A stretch of DNA of 64,000 nt from the NCBI GenBank assembly GCA_039545335.1, contig BCIN01000001.1, positions 4,129,347 to 4,193,346 on the forward strand, given 5' to 3'. Source of the stretch: Kondoa subrosea (Eukaryota). Below, in pieces: positions 13,320 through 24,702 of the stretch (positions are counted from its first letter, which is position 1; every line of letters begins with the position of its first letter). The position numbers and the translations under genes were made by a program. The notes under the pieces were generated by a model. The model was not told the DNA's origin. It made no database searches and saw only the letters and a list, made by a program, of their open reading frames with translations.

Positions 13320-14570
13320 TAGATAAGCTGTCTGCAACTTAGAAGGGATTCATAATAGTAGGCTTACGAAGTGAAAGAAATCCTCAGTTTGCCAGCTTGC
13401 CCATCTCAAATTCTCCCTATTGCATTTATGCTCAACCTTCCTAGCCAATCACCCCATGTTACTCCCTCGCTTGGATCCATTCTCTTGCACCTTTTCACCG
13501 CCTTGTCCAATTGTATACAGGACAAGCACTTGTTGAAACAAGACTTCAATCCAGGGTATTCGCACAAAAAGGTATCACTACACGTGATGGTTCCGACAGT
13601 CAGGGAAGTTAACAGTCAGGTCCGCAGCTTGACTCCTTGCCGGCAGATCGGAACCATCACATGCTCGTCTCGAAGGGTAAATGGGTATGAGACGATGAGA
13701 AAAGAAAAGAGAGGAAAGAAGAAAAGCTGAGCTTTTGTTGGGTTCACGCCACGCAGGTATCACAACACCGTCAAGAACCACGTCGTGCTTAGGACTGGCT
13801 GGCTGAAGAGGAAGGTAGATGGCGAGAATAAGATTTAAAACTCGACGCGTAATAACGTGTAAATGTAAAGGACACGCGTCATTTAACATGGGGAAGCAGT
13901 GCAAATGGCAGTTCAGATGACCTTGAGCATGATGATACGACCAAGAGATGATTTATTTCGCGCGGATTTCTCTTCGTGATTTGCATTTGTCGCTGATATG
14001 TATGGTTGCTTTCAGCTTGAGAATGACAGATATATTGCCAGCTTGCGGCAATATGATAGAGAAGGTTATAGAGCTGAAGATCGACAGAAACGAGAATGGT
14101 GTCCAGCTCACAGTGGATCTTGATGCATTATGGAAGTGCGTTCATTGACCGACAGCGGCTTCACAGAAGCTGACACATGGAGGACTGATATAGGGGACCG
14201 ATACACTGAGAGAATCGTCAGTCATGCAGCGTTACAGGACTTTATATGCGAGGGAGACGTACTGCAAGGCAACTTTGGCTAGTTTCCAGTAAAGGCCTAG
14301 ATTACGCCAGCCATTGTCTCTCCAGGTCAAAGACGATTTCTACGGAGCATAAGACGTCTGCAGAAGTAAAGCCAGCGAGAACTCACTCGTACGCCTTCAT
14401 TGCTTCACACCGAATTTGTCCAGCTTGCCCTTGACTGTGTGCTCCAGCGGACACGATGGATGGCGACTCAGCATCTGATCCTCTTGTCGTGCATCTTTGC
14501 GCAACATAGATAGAGGTCTTTGACATGTTTGCCGCATTTCAAAGGCTCATAGACGTTCTTGTCCAACACA
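13320..14570. repeat. Inverted segmental duplicate of 22672-23940 (X + Y + CMC4 3' fragment)
   Basis: Long colinear reverse-complement matches, e.g. GCAGCGTTACAGGACTTTATATGCGAGGGAGACGTACTGCAAG at ~14226 vs ~22972-23014, and CGACGCGTAATAACGTGTAAAT at ~13843 vs ~23375. Confidence 0.93.
14397..14570 (-). pseudogene. Truncated, frameshifted copy of CMC4 exon 2
   Basis: Translates CLDKNVYEPLKCGKHVKDLYLCCAKM, then a 2-bp deletion and a 4-bp CCAT duplication relative to 22670-22843. No exon 1. Confidence 0.88.
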
Positions 14571-14584
14571 CAGCCAAGTCCAAC

Positions 14585-15108
14585 TTAGGCCATACCCAGA
14601 AGAAAGACAGTATTACGCGAAAAGCCGCGAAGAGGTTGAGCCAGAGACGATTTGCGTTAGGTGAAGAATGTTGTCTAGAAGAGGATGTATCAGCTGCATG
14701 TATAGAATCTGGAACGATATTGGGCTTACGAAGTGAAAGTAATCCTCAGTTTCCCAAATTCTTCCCGATCTCAACCATCCCAAACTCATCCCACCCTCAA
14801 CCAATCTCAACCTCCTAGCTAACCACCCATATACTCGCTCGCTTGAATCCATCCTCTTGTACCTGTTCACCGCCATGTCCGACTATATACAGGATAAGCA
14901 CTTGTTGAGACAAGACTTCAATCCAGGGTATTTGCACAGAAAGGTATCACTACATGTGATGGTCCCGACAGTCAAGAGAGTTAACAGTCGAGTCCGTAGC
15001 TTGGCTCCTATTTGGCAACTCAGAGCCATCACATGCTCGTCTCGGAAGGTAAATGGGTATGAGACGATGAGAAAAGAAAAGAGGAAAGAGTAAAAAAGCC
15101 AGCTTTTG
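14585..15108. repeat. Additional direct copy of repeat X
   Basis: Matches 13320-13735 directly and 23510-24032 in reverse complement (e.g. GTAAATGGGTATGAGACGATGAGAAA shared by all three). Confidence 0.9.
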
Positions 15109-15524
15109 CATTCATTTGCACCACAGAGAGATCGTAAGGTCGTCAGCCATCTTATCGCTGTTAAAGCTGGCTTCTGGAAATGGGTCAAAGCAAAATTCGA
15201 CCTTCACGCGTAGCATCGGGACAAGTTGAAATAGCGCGTCTTCGATGTAGTAGAGCAAGAAGACAAGGCCATAGAGCAAGGGAGCCGCGAAGAGCTTGTC
15301 AGAATTGTATTGGGAACGTTTTTCGCGATCCACCTTTTGCTAGTTTGGCATGAGATCTGATCGTAGCATTTGAAGTCAAGCGCGTAAGCAATGAAATGCA
15401 TTTTTCATCCAGCAGGAGCTTCAAGTCAAAAACTAAGACACTGGCGATGGACACATGACATGGCAGTCAGCAGAAGATTCAGAACAGATCACAGAGAACT
15501 TTACTAATTGTACAAAAGCGTTTC

Positions 15525-17245
15525 TCACTCTTCACCCAAGAGATCGAAGCCGAAAGAGAAGCCTCCGTCGGATATCTCCTCCTTGTTGTCTTCCGCTTTG
15601 AGTGAAGTCCACAAGTTCGAAGTACCTGTCTTTGTTTCTTGCGCTTCAAGAGCAGCTACGCCTTTCAATCCATCTATGAGAAGGTGATGATTGTGCTTCT
15701 TGAGTATATCGCAGAAATGAGCGAAAAGCGAGCTAGTATCGGTCTTTTCTTCCGAACCGTCCTTGAAACCAGATAGCTGCTCGGGTCCTGGTATTGAGTT
15801 TTAGATGAAGTCAATTTCCGCCACACGTCTGAATACATACGATGCTTCATAAAAGACAAGACGTTTGCCAACTCTTTCCGTGAAACATAATTCTGGGTGA
15901 CAGCTATTGAATCTTCCAGATTGATGACCACTACATAAGTCTCAGCATAGATTGCCCCGGATGGATGAATGCACTGACAATGCCAATACCCGGAAGGCAC
16001 ATGAAAACATTCGCCAGCTCTACAAATACCTTGAAGCATTGTATTTCTGAGTTTTGGATTCTTTGCATTAGGTCCGTATTGAGCTTTAGCTTGCGGGTAA
16101 TAAGACATGAGCCATTCTGTCAACTTCATCAAGCTGCATTCGCAAGTCGAAAGCCATCTGACAGGACTGACCTGCTAACGAGACGGGCGTTTCTACTTGA
16201 GCTTGATCTTCCGATACATATACACCGGGCGGCGTGACATCTGTTGGGAAAGCAATCCATAGTTTGCTGCCTTGAACGACTGCGTTCCAAGCTGAAGTAT
16301 TATTTGGATCTTTATGGAAAGTAGATCCAGATCGTTTTGGTCCAATGATCTACTGCACATATCAGCTCCGGCAATATATAAGACGGAATACTACCATACT
16401 AGCCATCGATAGTCCGGTCTTTGCTCCTCGAACAAAGCAAATAGATCCTCCTTGAACACAACAGGCACTTTGAAATCCTTTCCCAAATTACTCCCATCTT
16501 TCTCACTCTTCTCGACAAAATCGCTTTCAAATAAGTATACCGGCTGATCATCCGTTGGGCAATCTTGGCAATAGTCGATATAGGTCTTCATCGAGCTCAG
16601 TACTGCTTCGGCTCGGTATAGAGTAGCTTCGGGACATATTGTTGGCAAAGTATCGAATGTCCAATGACGACTTGTCAGAGCTGGCCAGTCTTCCATAGCA
16701 TGGGTGAGAATACAAGGCGTATCTGGAAGATCATGGCTTGAATTTAAAGTCCGTGCGTCAATTCTTGGAATTGTTTCGACGAAAGATTTAGCGGAAGAAA
16801 TAGTACAAGGATCGAAAGAAGCTGCTAAGTAGGGTTGATAGAGAACATCAGAGTAGATGGAGGTAGTTGGATGAAAAGTGGTTGGCGAGAGGTTCAAGAA
16901 CATCTTCCTGTAAGTGTCTCGCCATGATCCGCACCAGTCGGTAAGAAGACCTTCAGACCGCTGATCTGTCGTCAACTGTGTGCATGTATTTTATCGTGAT
17001 GCAATTCTCACCTCGAGTAGTCCTTCCTTGAAAATTGTCTCCTCCCTTGCCAATACAAGCACCGCCTTACTTGTAGATTCGATCTTCAAGCAATCTTCAG
17101 GCGAAAGAGAAGAAAAGACATATTGCAGAAGCTCATGCGAGAGCAAAGCGAGACTGCCTAAACCTTTGATCTGACTATTTGCGGCGGCCGACGCAAACAG
17201 TGCATTCCCTGATGGTAGGATAGACAGCGGATTACTTGCGCTCAT
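15525..17245 (-). CDS. F-box + JmjC 2-oxoglutarate/Fe(II) oxygenase (JMJD6-like)
   Basis: [13 protein letters not shown]-box-like start, [44 protein letters not shown] (HxD), HVPSGYWH (third His) and AVTQNYV. Confidence 0.9.
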
Positions 17246-17418
17246 GCCAGATCTTCCTTACGAGACCAAACTGACTTCTGCGTTCGGAGAAGAGATGTCA
17301 TTTTTCTTGTCCAGCGACGGTGACTAAGCAGAAGTCTCAAGTGTTTTCCTTCAATAAGGCCGTGGCTTGATTCAATATGACCATCTGAGGCAGGATATAC
17401 CCTTGAATTGATATCGCG

Positions 17419-20400
17419 ATGAGTTTCTTTGACGATTCGTTCGAAGAGGTTGAGACACCAAGTACTGGTCTTTGGCGCTCCAATGCTCAAGATGCTACTG
17501 TATCCATGGAGGCGGTTGCCGCTGGGATGAGCAGGGGTCAAACGAATGAAGGGCGAAGCAATGACGCAGGGCTAGCAAGGTATATGCACGGGCAAGATAA
17601 TGCTGGTCCACACCAATCTGCTGCTGGTCCCTCATATCAATACAGTCCGGTGCATAACAGACCGATAGCCAATGGTCATAGCAGTACTTCTTCCAAGAAA
17701 GCAAAGTTGGACCACAGCTCGAGCGCAAGTATAGTTCTAGACGATGATTCCGAAACTGATCTACCTTGTTCTCCTGCTCCTCCTCCAATTTATAGAGGTC
17801 CTCCACAAAGTATGAACATTCCCTCACTGCCCACAAACATGTACAACCCTTATCAAGCTCAACCTTCCAGCTCAAGCCAGTCTTATGGCTCTATTCCTGT
17901 CATTTCTGGTGCAAACGCTCGTCTTCCTTCTTCTTATCTTAACGAACCAAAAGAACCAATCAGACCTTCCAAAAAGCGAAAAGCAGATGTAGTGGATCTT
18001 ACCTTATCTTCCGATGACTCCAATGGTCAATCAGCAGCATCAGTCACCTCAGGTAGCGACTCTGATCTTCAAATCACCGGATCTACAGCGCCTGCAATCA
18101 TGATCGACAACAGCCAACAATTCTTGGGTCAGATCAATTCCATCGTCCTCATCCTGCATCCTGTCGCGGAACTCAATATGGAGACAAGAGACAATCAACT
18201 TACTCCTCCTCCTTTAGCTGTCTCTTTTCAACGAATGCCACCTACCCAGATACCGCATCAGAAAGCTAAAGAAACAGTTTACATCATCAGTGCTGAATCT
18301 GGTCAAAGATTTGGGGCGCTTGAAGGTAGAGTGGCCGATGTACTTGGTCCGGTACTAGGCGGGAAACCTTGCATGGATGGCAGAGTGACTATTCGAGGTT
18401 ATGCAATGCGATTAGGCAAGCAGGCAAAACAGGTGCGCAATGCGTACGAGGCATCAGTCTATTCCTGATACCGATGTACCATTGCATACAGCCTACCCTT
18501 CTTCAGCTCATTCTTCTCGTCTTCTCCGTACCGAATTTCATTAAACCGCTTTCGGATCATCTGGCTAAATACTCTCTTTGGCTTGAAGCACCTACTCTCA
18601 ATTACGTTGGTCCAGAAAGGTACAACAATCCTCACAATCCGCAGTTCCGCCAGAACGAGGCCGAGCAACGACGAAAACAGTACATGACCGGTCTGAATGG
18701 AGGGAGCACTTATACGTCTACTTCAGCTCGAGCTAAACCAGGTCAAGCAGAAGAACTGAAAAAGACTCAAATCGAATCAGTTTTCCAGAAAATGTCTTCA
18801 GGCGCTGACATCGAAACTGTTGAACCAGACGAAATCGTCACTACTCAATTATACGCTCATCAAAAACAAGCTTTAGCATTTCTTATCGATCGTGAACGTT
18901 TATTACCTATGCCTGATCCCAAAGCGTCCGAAGACGATTCTTTCGTCGCTTTATGGCAATTGCAGAAAGGTGCTACGCAATCAGTTTGGGTCAACGCAGT
19001 AACTGGCGCTATGGTTCCCTTCTCTCCTCTCAAACCTACTATGCCACCTCAATGTCGTGGATCGATCTTGGCGGACGATATGGGTTTAGGCAAAACAGTC
19101 TGCATCATTTCTCTGGTCGCTTCAACCAGAAAAGAATCAATCCAATTCGCTCAAGCTGGATCGACAGACCTTGGACAAGCAAACGGAAGTATCTCATCCG
19201 GCTTTGACGCTTTGAAAGCTCATCCAATCTCGAACAAGAAACCACTCGAAATGGGTCCAAGCAGTTTATCAGGATTCGAAACTACTATGCCCTTTGGAGC
19301 AAATCTGAATGCCTCTACATCCAAATCAAAGAAGAAGAAAGGACCTGGTAAGAAAGAACTAGCTAGAGAAGAAGCAGAAGCTGCTAGAAAAAGTCGATTG
19401 AGGATCAGAAGCAAAGCTACACTAATCGTCTGCCCTTTGTCGACCGTTCAGAATTGGGAGGCTCAGATCAAAGAACATGTAAAGGGCAATCAATTGAAAG
19501 TTTACATCTACCATGGTCAAGGTCGAACGACGGATTGTCGAGAACTAGCTAAATACGACGTGGTCATTACTACTTTCTCTACTGTTGGTTCGGAGTATTC
19601 CAAACAGTGCAAAGCGGAAGATAAAGCTTCTGCTGAAGCAGAAAGTTCAGCCTCGAGTGACGGAGAAGCGGTAGATTCGACTGCTTCGTCAGCTAATGGC
19701 AAAAAAGCTTCAAAAGCCACCAAGAGGAAGACGATCCCTGGCGAGAACGCTTCGAGTGTGCTGCAGCGAGTAGAATGGTTCCGAATAGTACTCGATGAAG
19801 CACAGTAAGTCTAGTTTGCCCGTTTGGCGAAAATAAGCTAAAAACAAGTACAGTATGATCAAGGAGCATACAACCATCCAGGCCCGTGCTTGTTGCGATC
19901 TCTCGGCGGAGCGAAGAGTCTGCCTATCTGGGACACCACTACAAAACAGCTTGAACGATCTTTTCTCTCTTATGAAATTCCTTCGTTTCGAACCATTCAC
20001 AGATCGTGCCATCTGGACCCAGTACATTGGCGCTCCAGCTAAAAACAATGATACATTGGCAGTATCCCGTCTTCAGCTGTTAGTACGACATGTTGCTTTG
20101 CGTCGAACGAAACAAACCACCGGAAGCGATGGTAAACCTATTCTTAATTTACCGCCCAAGAAGGATCTTCATGTTTACCTCGAATTGGATGAACAAGAGA
20201 AAGCCTTCTACAGCTCTCATCATCACCGCTACAAGTCTGACTTCTTAGCCAATTCTCAAAGCGACACCTTGATGAAGAATTATGCCTCAATCTTACAAGA
20301 ACTTCTTCGGCTGCGGCAGATTTGCGTACACATGGCTTTGGTGCAGGATAGCGAAGATGCAGCAAAGAATGGATGTATCGATGATCCTGTCGCCCTCATT

Positions 20401-21641
20401 GAACAGCATGGTATTAGCAAACCTCGAGCTGTCGCTTTATTCAACTTTTTACGAGATACTGCTGGAGCTCAATGTGGTGAATGTGGATGTGAATTCAATC
20501 AAATCACTGCAGATTCAGTACCAGATATCGATGCTGACGTAGCCGAAGGTCAACCTAAAAGAAAAGGCAAGAAAGCTAAAACCGAATCTTCTTCAGCTCT
20601 CACAGCGGCACAAACGCCAGTTCTTACGCGATGTACTCATATCTATTGTCTTGCCTGCTTTCAGGGCTCAGTCTGTCCTGAATATCCTCGAACCGTCAAG
20701 GCAGAAGATCGAGCTGTTTGCCGACAATGTCAAGCAGAAATCACCCCTGTCACCGATGCAATCGCTCTAGCTGTAGCAGACTTACAAGTTGCACCAGAGT
20801 CGACGATAGTGCTGAACAAGAAGGAGAAGGAGAAGCAAAAGCGAACGGTTCAGCATAGTAGTAAAATCAGGTAGGTGTATCGGTATCGTTGAGACGTTTT
20901 CCCGGTCCTAAACGGTAAATTCTATCAACAGGGTCCTACTGGCTGATCTGCTACCATTCTCGCAAGCCAATCCGTCGACCAAAAATCACGTACCAGGTTT
21001 CGGCGAAGATCCAGCTTCACTTGACTTGACTTCGGAAGAGACAGTCGATATACCAAAGCGAGGAGATGTGGTCAAATCAGTCATCTTCTCGCAATGGACC
21101 AAGCTACTTGATCGGTCCGTTTGGCTCATTACGTACTACGATATTCGCTGACACGCTTCACAGTGTTGCTGATGCTTTGGACGAATGCAATATTCATCAC
21201 GCTCGTCTAGACGGTTCAATGAAGCGCGAAGATCGGAATAAAGCAATGGAAACTTTTGGCGCTGATCCGAAGTGCGAAGTTTTGCTAGTCTCGCTTCGAG
21301 CTGGTGGCATGGGGTAAGTCATTCGGAAAGGCAAGTGAGGACTTACGCTGACGTATTCGACTACCCACAGTCTCAATCTCACAATGGCCTGTCGAGTTTA
21401 CCTGATGGAACCGTTCTGGAATCCTGCTGTTGAAAATCAAGCTACGGATCGAATCCATCGTCTTGGTCAAAAGAGACCAGTTAAGATCACTCGATACATT
21501 GTTAAAGAGTCCATCGAACAGAATATGCTCGAGATTCAGAAACGCAAGACTGATTTGGCGAATCTATCTGTCGGACAAACGTTAACCAAGAAACAGATTG
21601 CTGAAAGAAGGATCAATGATCTCAAGACGTTATTCAAGTAG
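17419..21641 (+). CDS. Rad5/Rad16-family SNF2 helicase with inserted RING finger
   Basis: ILADDMGLGKT, TLIVCPLS, RIVLDEA, CLSGTPLQN, RING cysteines (CGEC...CTHIYCLAC...CRQC), FSQWT, SLRAGG and ENQATDRIHRLGQ across spliced ORFs. Confidence 0.93.
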
Positions 21642-21778
21642 CTTGGTGCTTCGAAAGTATATAGATGTGAATTTTGGGTATCTTTTTCTTGGCCCTTCTG
21701 GATCTTAGATATGTGTTGTATGCTTAACGAATATCAACATGATTGTACAATAGTTCTCCTAATGGAAATTACAGCTTC

Positions 21779-22550
21779 TCAGATAGCGGTCTTCGCATGA
21801 AACGGTTTCCTCTGACTCATCTCTCAGTATGGTCTATCGTTAGGCCAAGAACAGAACTCACAATCGGTTGAAGAAGGGATTGAAGCGTAACCCGACCGTA
21901 CTTGCTAAAGGTGGTGCTAGCCATACACATAAACCTATTCTTATAGGCTGTCGACTTTGTCAGCTCATGACCAGTCAAACAGAATGATGTCTTACAAGCA
22001 GAATCTGTGCAAAGATCAGCAACTTTCAAGCCAGGAGTACTGACGAGCTCACCTTAATGAAAAGATAAGCAGCGACTGCGTTCGCTGTAGTCGCCATAGC
22101 TTTCTCGCTCACGCGTTCCACTTGATCTTGAACCTCTTCACCAGCTTTCGCGTACCCAAACCAACCTTTTCTCTTGCCTACTTTGGCGATATATGTTTCG
22201 GCATCGCTGACCCATACACCTAATTTGCCCTCGGAAGTCTTACAGTAATCGACGATGGATTTACCTATCGATAGATTCGAGTACTGGAAGATGGCGAAGA
22301 GAGCGATCAGAGGAGGAAAGGCAGTCAACTCATGAAGTATCAAGAAAGCTAGAAGTAATACGACAGACACATGAGATACAGAGAAGAAGGGTAGAAGAAG
22401 AAGAAAGAGCTGACATCCGATCAATGTAGCTGGATTGGCATTAGGATGTTTAGCTCTCAGTCGATCCACTTGACGCTGAATGAAAGTAGCTTGCTGTTGA
22501 CGAGGAAAAGTATGCTGTCCTCTGCTTCGCAGCCAGAATGACCTAAGCAT
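21779..22550 (-). CDS. MRX11: Mitochondrial MIOREX component Mrx11-like membrane protein
   Basis: Arg-rich presequence-like N-terminus. AFLILHELTAFPPL, NAVAAYLFIK and PIRIGLCVWLAP match my recollection of the Mrx11/YPL041C family. Confidence 0.72.
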
Positions 22551-22572
22551 TTTTGTTCACAGCTAACGACGA

Positions 22573-22843
22573 ATGGCAGAAGATGAAGATGTCTGTCACC
22601 CGCAAGCATGTGCTCTGCAGTAAGTATGGCGCTCAACAAGAAAGGCTAGAGCTCACAGCAAGCGATAGGTCGTGTCTAAACAAGAATGTGTATGAGCCTT
22701 CGAAATGCGATAAGCATGTCAAGGACCTGTACCTGTGTTGCGCAAAGATGTACAAGACAAGAGGATCGGATGCTGAGTTGCCATCGTGTCCATTGGAGCG
22801 TATAGTGAAGGGCAAGCTGGACAAACTCGGTGTGAAGCAATGA
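22573..22843 (+). CDS. CMC4: Cx9C mitochondrial intermembrane-space protein Cmc4 (MTCP1/p8 family), 2 exons
   Basis: MAEDEDVCHPQACALQ|SCLNKNVYEPSKCDKHVKDLYLCCAKMY...SCP, with a GTAAGT...TAG intron at ~22620-22668. Confidence 0.9.
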
Positions 22844-24032
22844 TGGCCTACGAGTGAGTTCTCGCTAGCTTTACTTCTGCAGACGTCTTATGCTTCGTAG
22901 AAATTTCCTGTGACCTAAAGAGACACTTGCTGGCGTAATCTAGGCCTTTACTGGACACTAGCCAAAGTTGTCTTGCAGTACGTCTCCCTCGCATATAAAG
23001 TCCTGTAACGCTGCGTGACTGACGATACTCTCAGTGTATCTGTTCCCTATACCAGTCCTCCATGTGCCAGCTTCTGTGAAGCCGCTGTCGGTCAATGAAC
23101 GTACTACTATAATGCATCAAGATCAGCTATGAGCTACACACCATTCTCGTTTCTGACGATCTTCAGCTCTATAACCTTCTCTATCATATTGCCGCAAGCT
23201 GGGAATATATCTCTCAGTTCCAAGCTGAAAGCAACCATGCATATCAGCGACAAATGCAAATCGCGAAGAGAAATCAGCTCGAAATAAATCATCTCTCGAT
23301 TGTGTCATCATTCTCAAAGTCATCTGAACTGCTATTCACACTGCTTCCACATGTTAATGACGCGTATTCCTTGAATTTACACGTTATTACGCGTCGAATT
23401 TTAAATCTTATTCTCGCCATCTATCTTCCTCGTCGCCAGCCAGTCCTAAGCACGACGTGGTTCTTGACGGTGTTGTGGTCCCTGTGTGGCGTCGATCGAA
23501 TAAAATCTCAGCTTTCTTTCTTTCCTCTCTTTTCCTTTCTCATCGTCTCATACCCATTTACCCTTCGAGACGAGCATGTGATGGCGCCGATCTGCCAAAT
23601 AGGAGCGAAGCTACGGACTTGACTGTTAACTCTCTTGACTGTCGGTTCCATCACATGTGATTATACCTTTTTGTGCAAATACCTTGGACTGAAGTCTTGT
23701 TTCAACAAGTGCTTGTCCTGTAAATAGTTGTTCGGTATGATTGGTTCAAGATTGGAGGGTCAAGCGAAGGAGTACTTTGGTTGGTCAGCTAGGAGGTGGA
23801 GCATGGGTCGGATTGGGGAGAATTTGGGATTAGTGGGATCGGGCAAATTTTGGGAAGTTGAGGATTTCTTTCACTCCGTAAGCTCAATATTGTTTCAGTT
23901 TGCATGCATCGGACAGCTCATACATCCTCTTCTAGGCAACATTTTTCAGTGGATGGATATAAGCACTACTCTGGCTCCCCCTCTTCGCGACTGTTCACGG
24001 AACACGTTCTTTCTTCTGATGAGTGGCCTAAG
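22672..24032. repeat. Partner copy of the duplicated segment (CMC4 exon 2 + Y + X)
   Basis: Reverse-complement identity to 13320-14570 and 14585-15108. Confidence 0.9.
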
Positions 24033-24537
24033 ATCGAATTGATGTCTGCTAGGCTACAAGAAATTTGAGGCAAGGTGACAGGGACAAGCGCTGCAAGGGG
24101 AAAGCATCAGCAACATACAGATACAGGGATCTGAATGCGTGGTCAGTGTGTCTGCTTTTCGGTCTCAGTATCAATCAGCTCATCCGCTATTCTACAGAAC
24201 AAGGACCTCATAAGAAGCAAGAAGGGATTTCGACCAGAGTAGTATATTGTGTTTCAACGTTTTTGGCTACAAAATGGCATGGCATACTTAGTATTCAGGA
24301 TCTGTATTGCAAAGTAGAAGCGGAATTCTGTCCTAACATCGGATTCTGCTAGTACTCTGCTAGTCTTAAGAGTCCGGATCTACTTCACATCGGCGATCTC
24401 CGAATTCAACCCGCCCTTACACTTCTCACTCGCAAATGCATTCACTTAGTGACGCTATACTTGGGCCGCAGAAGGAGTGCACATTGCTTGTCATGTCACA
24501 GACACTATTCCCGCAGATCTGGGCACGGCGCGGTGTC

Positions 24538-24547
24538 TATATAAAAG
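24538..24547 (+). promoter_or_regulatory. TATA box of the microexon gene
   Basis: TATATAAAAG 165 bp upstream of ATG 24703, followed by a CT-rich tract (24620-24680). Confidence 0.6.
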
Positions 24548-24702
24548 AATATTGTTTTGCTAAGGGAAAGTGACTCTCTCATGCAAAGCCGGGTAGAACA
24601 GCCACCGCAACCGTGCTGCTTCTGTTTCCTCGTCTCCTCTCTTCTCTCTTTTCTCGTCTACATTCGCCTTGACTTTTCTCACATCGAATAACTTACCTGA
24701 CA

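Noticed and set aside
12627..13577. Selenoprotein or nuclear UGA reassignment suggested by TGA-only in-frame stops
   Set aside because: Many conserved genes here end in TGA, Dikarya are not known to use selenocysteine, and no SECIS is evident. TA depletion and multiple testing can produce such a run.
13696..13745. Polypurine tract of an LTR retrotransposon
   Set aside because: No paired LTRs, PBS or gag/pol motifs, and the sequence after the tract differs among copies.
13915..14000. C/D-box snoRNA (ATGATGA...CTGA)
   Set aside because: The boxes are short, there is no terminal stem, and I cannot identify an rRNA-complementary guide.
12955..15108. CRISPR-like array or pheromone-precursor repeats
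   Set aside because: The context is eukaryotic, spacing is irregular and there are no cas genes. The frame ending CLSxx* is not a CaaX box, and its substitutions fall mostly on first codon positions.
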